The notes below the pieces were generated by a model. It did no database searches and was not told where the DNA came from. It was given only the letters and a program-made list of their open reading frames with translations. A DNA stretch of 64,000 nucleotides from an uncultured delta proteobacterium (GTDB taxonomy: Bacteria > Desulfobacterota > Binatia > UBA9968), in NCBI GenBank assembly GCA_963771465.1, contig CAVYTU010000017.1, forward strand, positions 608,001 through 672,000. Direction: 5' to 3'. Positions 59,391 to 64,000 of the stretch are shown here, one piece after another; within the stretch, counting starts at the first letter, position 1; each line of letters starts with the position of its first letter. Both the position numbers and the translations under genes were made by a program.

Positions 59391-59888
59391 ATGTTTCGTC
59401 ATGTCGAGCTTCCGGCGGGGATTACGGGGCGGCTGCTGCTGCATAGCATGCCGGGGCGCTTTGAAGCGATCGAACGGGTTTGGCATCAGGTAAGGAGCGA
59501 TGCGATTGGCGCCATCGTCTGTTTGACGGAGCAATATGAAATCCACCTGAAATCCTCTCAATACGCAGAAGCCCTGGCAAGCGGGACGGTTCCTTGCACT
59601 GTCCTGCCATTTGAAATTCGTGAAGGCGGCGTGCCCGAAGACCGTAATGCCTTCTGGGGGCTTGCCAATGATGTCGCGAAGCGATTGCAGTGTGGGGAGG
59701 CGATACTGATTCATTGCGCCGGCGGTGTCGGCCGTACGGCAATGCTGGCCGTATCTGTTTTGCTGGCATTGGGCGAACCGATGAACGCGGCGGAAAGCGT
59801 CGTCTCGCAGGCTGGCTCCACGGTGGAAACCTCGCCGCAGGTCGAAATGCTTTCCTGGTGCGCGTCAAAGATGGGGATCGAGACGTAA
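59391..59888 (+). CDS. Cys-based dual-specificity/tyrosine phosphatase (CDKN3-like)
   Basis: IHCAGGVGRT signature; VET..Q; Glu at the general-acid loop (IREGGVP). Confidence 0.88.
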   Translation: MFRHVELPAGITGRLLLHSMPGRFEAIERVWHQVRSDAIGAIVCLTEQYEIHLKSSQYAEALASGTVPCTVLPFEIREGGVPEDRNAFWGLANDVAKRLQCGEAILIHCAGGVGRTAMLAVSVLLALGEPMNAAESVVSQAGSTVETSPQVEMLSWCASKMGIET

Positions 59889-60001
59889 ACGGATCAGTCT
59901 ACGATCGTGAGAACGCTGTCCTTGCAAATCTTGCAATCGTTCGATTCTCGATGCCAGCCGCGGGGCCCTTGCTTGCCTACCGCAAATATAGGGATTTTGC
60001 G

Positions 60002-60030
60002 TTGTGTTCTTCGCTCATAGGGCCTACAGT
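60002..60030 (+). promoter_or_regulatory. Probable leaderless promoter of rpoZ
   Basis: TTGTGT-N17-TACAGT, 5 nt before ATG; no SD sequence. Confidence 0.5.
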
Positions 60031-60035
60031 GACCC

Positions 60036-60230
60036 ATGGCAAGAATAACCGTAGAAGATTGTTTGGATAAGGTTTCCAGTCGTTTTGAACTCGTACTGCT
60101 CGCGTCGGTTCGCGCCAAGCAGCTCCTTAAAGGCGCTAAGCCGCTGCTCGTCTCAGACAATCGAGAAATTGTTATCGCTCTTCGCGAGATCGCCGCGGGG
60201 AAAGTGCGCCGGGCTAGTCCTCTAGCATAA
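60036..60230 (+). CDS. rpoZ: RNA polymerase omega subunit
   Basis: [10 protein letters not shown]...[23 protein letters not shown]. Confidence 0.93.
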   Translation: MARITVEDCLDKVSSRFELVLLASVRAKQLLKGAKPLLVSDNREIVIALREIAAGKVRRASPLA

Positions 60231-60339
60231 CGGCTTGGCGCGCCAAGTTAAACGTTCTTGATCGTCACTCCTTGGTCAGTTCCATTGTCTCGATCTACTT
60301 GGGTCGTCGATTCCGCGCAGTTGACTGGATCAGCTTTGA

Positions 60340-61332
60340 TCAGCTGCGAAAGTGCGGGATCACATTTTTTGCAAATGCTTCCACGGTCTCGCTATAAACC
60401 GTCCGCGCCGGCGTGAGCATCAAGTGTTCTATGCCTGCTATCTTTAATTCTTCGATCCTTTCGATACATTCCTGCGGATTGCCAGCGATGGAGAAGCGCT
60501 GGATTAAATAATGGTTGACTAAATTAGGGTCGACTCGGTCTTCCATCGGCTTCATGACATCGAAGCCGGCCATGAACTTCTTGACGCCGTCGAGTTCCTC
60601 CGGCGGCACCGTCTCGTAGGTAAAGCGAAAGTTATGATGGGCGCGATTGGCCAGACGGTTGCGCACGATCTTTCTCGCTTTGTCGCCATCGTCGTTAACG
60701 CAGAGCATACCCGCGGCAATGATCGCGACTTCTTTTTCATTGCGGCCTGCCTGCTTGGCGCCCTCGCGGATTTTCTGCCGCGCCCAGTCATAGACGCGGA
60801 GGTCGAAGCCGGTGCCGAGGATGACGCCGTCAGCCGAGCGGCCGGCGAGCTGCAAGCCTTTCGGGCCTTCGGCTGAGACGTAGATCGGCGCCGGCTGAGT
60901 GATCTTGAAGCCGATGCCGAACTTGCCCGTCGGGAACGTCGCCGCGTTGCCGCGAACTAGATTGCGAATTTCACGAATGCCAACTTCGAATTCCTTCATC
61001 GGCGTGGCTTTCAAGCCTTGCGTGTAGACCGGTCCGTCGCCGGTGCCGAGGCCCATGATGGCGCGGCCTTTGGAGATTTCATTGAGCGATGCCGCTGCGC
61101 CGGCGATGACGGTGGGATGGCGGAAAACGATATTGGTGACGGCGATGCCGAGCAGCAAGCGCTGGGTGATCATGGCGCAGCTGGCAAGGGTTTGAAAGGA
61201 ATCGACGGAGCTCAGATGGCTCTCGCCGAGAAAGATGCCGTCCCAGCCGAGCTCTTCGGCGCGCACGGCGCGTCGGTGAATCTCGTCGATATTTTGAACG
61301 CCGCCGTGAAGGCTGTGGATACTGAATTTCAT
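60340..61332 (-). CDS. Luciferase-like (LLM) oxidoreductase, Mer-like, possibly F420-dependent
   Basis: AEELGWD..FLGESH, RHP.VIA, SKGRA.MGLGTGD, GPKGLQLAG..ADG. Confidence 0.9.
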   Translation of the reverse strand: MKFSIHSLHGGVQNIDEIHRRAVRAEELGWDGIFLGESHLSSVDSFQTLASCAMITQRLLLGIAVTNIVFRHPTVIAGAAASLNEISKGRAIMGLGTGDGPVYTQGLKATPMKEFEVGIREIRNLVRGNAATFPTGKFGIGFKITQPAPIYVSAEGPKGLQLAGRSADGVILGTGFDLRVYDWARQKIREGAKQAGRNEKEVAIIAAGMLCVNDDGDKARKIVRNRLANRAHHNFRFTYETVPPEELDGVKKFMAGFDVMKPMEDRVDPNLVNHYLIQRFSIAGNPQECIERIEELKIAGIEHLMLTPARTVYSETVEAFAKNVIPHFRS

Positions 61333-61412
61333 TTCGATCGCTCCGGAGAATTAGCCGCAAGGAACACAAGGACGCAAAAAAAGCTGGCGGAGCAAGCTAG
61401 GTTCCGTGCCGA

Positions 61413-61547
61413 TCACTGTGAGAATTCGACAAGGCCGCAGCCGGTGGCCCACGGGACGAACCCCGAGGTATCCTGGCGATAGCGCTCGCGCCGCTCTGGG
61501 TCGCGGTTGACGTGATAAATCAGCTTTTGCACCTGATACAAACTCAT
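61413..61547 (-). pseudogene. Truncated LigA-like (extradiol dioxygenase small subunit) gene
   Basis: MSLYQVQKLIYHVNRDPERRERYRQD..GFV then loses similarity; starts 5 nt after the hydrolase stop; 44 aa, below the ORF-track cutoff. Confidence 0.6.
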
Positions 61548-61552
61548 GATGA

Positions 61553-62644
61553 TCAATCCAGCTTTTGATGCAGCCAATCAATGACGGTCTTAAAAATATT
61601 CGGGATCGCGCCCATGTGGCCGCCGGGGAAAAGGCGGATGGCTTTTGGCGTGCCATGCTCGAGCAACAAGTAAAAATCTTCCAGCGGCACTTGCTTGTCT
61701 TCTTTGCCGTTGACGATCAAGAGCGGCGCACAGGGTTTATCGAGCAGACCTTGATCGAGAAGCGATAGCGCCGGCATCACCGAGCACAGCTCATCGAAGG
61801 TTTTCTTGCCGAATAAATTGGCGCGCGCTTCGATCAGATCGAAAAGATAGGAGTCGGCGTGGCGCGAGTGCTCCTGCCATTCAGCCTGAAAAAAATAATG
61901 AACACCACCGCCCCAGTTGACCGCGCCGCGGATTGTATCGGGCGCGAGATGGGCGAGCTTGGTCGACCAGTAGCCGCCGAAGCTGGCGCCGACTACGGCG
62001 ATTTTTTCGCTGTCGACTTCCGGCCGTTTGAGCAAGTATTCCAACACGGCCAAGTGGACTTGATGCGCGTCCGGTCCGGCCAGCATGGGGCATTCGCCGG
62101 TGCCGGGACTGTCGATGATGAAACAACCCCAGCCTTGCTTGACGAAGTTCTCGCCGAAAGTGTGGCGTTCTTCTTTCCAATTGTCGATGCCGCCCCAGTG
62201 CATGATCATCGGCGCGGGAAGTTTTCTCGGCAACCGCAAATGGCCGACAATCGCTTTGCCTTGGAACGGTATCGCCACGCGCTCCACCGGGATGTCAAAA
62301 TATTTCGACGCGGCGAGAAACATCGCGCGGGTCTTCTGGTAGCCGTGGTGTTTGCCCGGCGTGCTCGGAAACGGATGGCGCGCGATGCCGTAGTAACCGT
62401 AGGATTTGAGATAGGCGGCTTTGGCTTCGACGCCGTTGCCGGCCTTTTCCGCGTTGTTCGCTTTGTCTTCCCATTTGGTCCCCAGTTCGTTCCATGCCGC
62501 CGCCCAAGTCTCGCCGTCAAAGTTCGTCATCCTGGCGAGAGCTTGCTCGGCTTCCTCTTTGTCGGCATGAAGAAACGGCGCGCGGTGGGCGATGCGCGCG
62601 CGAATGTCGTTCTTCACTTCGTCGATCGTACGCGCTTCACTCAT
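61553..62644 (-). CDS. Alpha/beta hydrolase, FrsA/2,6-dihydroxypseudooxynicotine hydrolase-like
   Basis: GGIDNWKEE, D.PGTGE, GASFGGY nucleophile elbow, GKED, GGHMG. Confidence 0.88.
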   Translation of the reverse strand: MSEARTIDEVKNDIRARIAHRAPFLHADKEEAEQALARMTNFDGETWAAAWNELGTKWEDKANNAEKAGNGVEAKAAYLKSYGYYGIARHPFPSTPGKHHGYQKTRAMFLAASKYFDIPVERVAIPFQGKAIVGHLRLPRKLPAPMIMHWGGIDNWKEERHTFGENFVKQGWGCFIIDSPGTGECPMLAGPDAHQVHLAVLEYLLKRPEVDSEKIAVVGASFGGYWSTKLAHLAPDTIRGAVNWGGGVHYFFQAEWQEHSRHADSYLFDLIEARANLFGKKTFDELCSVMPALSLLDQGLLDKPCAPLLIVNGKEDKQVPLEDFYLLLEHGTPKAIRLFPGGHMGAIPNIFKTVIDWLHQKLD

Positions 62645-62844
62645 GGAATCATCCCTTCAAATCCTACTCGCCCTATCTAATGCCGAAAGCTGTTTTAGGT
62701 CAACAATGGAATTCTCGGGTCACGGATGATTTCGCGCTCGTTGGGGTTGACCTTTGGGTTTCACCATGTCATCCAAATAATTCAAATAAGTCTTTACAGT
62801 GAGTTTTGTTTCGATGTAGTTTTTAACCATCGCGGAGCTGATTC

Positions 62845-63705
62845 ATGGCGAGCATCATCGACGGGAAAGCCGTCGCCAAAGAAGTCCAGCAGCAAATCAA
62901 ACAAGAAATGGAAGGGCTCGAACGGCGCTGGGGCCTGGTGCCGGGATTGGCCGTGGTCCTTGTCGGCGACGATCCGGCGTCGCATATTTACGTGCGCAAT
63001 AAGGAAAAAGCTTGCAAGGAAGTCGGCATCAAATCGTTCGAGCATTTTTTGCCCTCGACCGTTTCGGAAAGAGAGCTTTTGGCTTTAGTCCATCAACTGA
63101 ACAAAGACAAACATGTTCACGGAATTTTGGTTCAGTTGCCCTTGCCGCCGCATATTCGGGCGGAAAAAATACTCGAAGCGGTTTCGCCGCAAAAAGATAT
63201 CGACGGGTTTCACCCGGTGAGCCAGGGCATGCTGGTGCTCGGCGGCGACGGCTTCAAACCCTGTACGCCGATGGGCATCATGCGCTTACTCGAAGCGGCC
63301 CATTGCGACCCCAAAGGCAAAAACGCCGTGGTCGTTGGCCGTAGCAATATCGTCGGCAAACCGGTGGCGCTGATGCTGTTGGAAAAACATGCGACCGTGA
63401 CGATCTGTCACTCGCGCACCGTGAGCTTGCGCGACGAAGTGGGCCGCGCCGATATTCTCATCGTGGCGATCGGCAAGGCTGGACTGGTGCGCGGCGATTG
63501 GATCAAGCCGGGAGCGGTGGTGATCGATGTCGGCGTCAATCGATTGCCCAATGGTAAACTCGGTGGCGATGTCGAGTTCGAAACCGCTAAAGACCGCGCT
63601 TCGGCGATTACGCCGGTGCCGGGCGGCGTTGGGCCGATGACGATCTGCATGCTTCTGTTTAACACTTTGAAGGCGGCCAAAGCGTCGCTCCGGCGCGAAC
63701 GTTAA
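62845..63705 (+). CDS. folD: Bifunctional methylene-THF dehydrogenase/cyclohydrolase
   Basis: [53 protein letters not shown]. Confidence 0.98.
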   Translation: MASIIDGKAVAKEVQQQIKQEMEGLERRWGLVPGLAVVLVGDDPASHIYVRNKEKACKEVGIKSFEHFLPSTVSERELLALVHQLNKDKHVHGILVQLPLPPHIRAEKILEAVSPQKDIDGFHPVSQGMLVLGGDGFKPCTPMGIMRLLEAAHCDPKGKNAVVVGRSNIVGKPVALMLLEKHATVTICHSRTVSLRDEVGRADILIVAIGKAGLVRGDWIKPGAVVIDVGVNRLPNGKLGGDVEFETAKDRASAITPVPGGVGPMTICMLLFNTLKAAKASLRRER

Positions 63706-63730
63706 GTACTTTCGCTGATCTTTCGCAACC

Positions 63731-64000
63731 GTGGCGTTCGCGCTTAAAAGAACCCCGCTTTACGCAGCGCACCGGCGCGCCGGCGCTAGGATCGTCGAGT
63801 TCGCCGGTTGGGAGATGCCGGTTCAATATACCGGTGTGATCGAAGAACACCGAGCCGTACGCAGCCATGCCGGGCTTTTCGACGTTAGCCACATGGGCGA
63901 AATCGAAATTCGCGGCGCGGCCGCGCTGGAAGCGTGCCAGCGCATCACGGCCAACGATGTCGCGCGCGTGAAATTGTTTCAGGCGCAGTATAACCTGCTG
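63731..64000 (+). CDS. gcvT: Glycine cleavage system T protein, 5' part
   Basis: Not in the ORF track. LKRTPLY..H...[34 protein letters not shown]. Confidence 0.95.
   Translation, partial: MAFALKRTPLYAAHRRAGARIVEFAGWEMPVQYTGVIEEHRAVRSHAGLFDVSHMGEIEIRGAAALEACQRITANDVARVKLFQAQYNLL

Noticed and set aside
61351-61550. Possible SRP or other ncRNA
   Set aside because: No SRP loop motif; better explained by the LigA-like stub plus a repeat arm
62645-62844. ZTP or THF riboswitch upstream of folD, glycine riboswitch before gcvT
   Set aside because: No recognisable consensus; the folD-gcvT gap is only 25 nt

Overview
A GC-rich bacterial chromosomal window. Its gene content resembles Candidatus Binatia or a related deltaproteobacterial lineage (inference from gene families only). 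It is dominated by (i) about 16 periplasmic substrate-binding proteins (4 TctC/Bug, 8 NMT1/TauA, 3 PF04392-type, 1 SBP_bac) served by only one complete ABC importer, and (ii) small-molecule catabolic enzymes: UbiD, a heme-oxygenase-like diiron protein, GMC oxidoreductase, two amidohydrolases, an orphan Mo-hydroxylase subunit, FAD monooxygenase, MetE-like protein, hydantoinase A plus two hydantoinase B, MBL hydrolase, Pht5-like protein, bicupin, LLM and alpha/beta hydrolase. Housekeeping genes (rlmD, rpoZ, folD, gcvT) lie toward the right end. I saw no rRNA, tRNA, CRISPR array, prophage or intact transposase. The least explained layer is a set of at least seven families of short palindromic REP/MITE-like elements at gene junctions. 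One family flanks a decayed GIY-YIG nuclease gene. Several elements appear to have been recruited into coding sequence, supplying start codons, N-termini or C-termini. Other points of interest are the hydantoinase-like cluster whose two B subunits both carry HLNH instead of HLND beside a small Cys/His protein, a two-domain Ivy protein, a Cys-to-Ser thiolase, several apparently leaderless genes, and single-base frameshifts that may be sequencing errors. All calls are by eye from motifs, with no database search.
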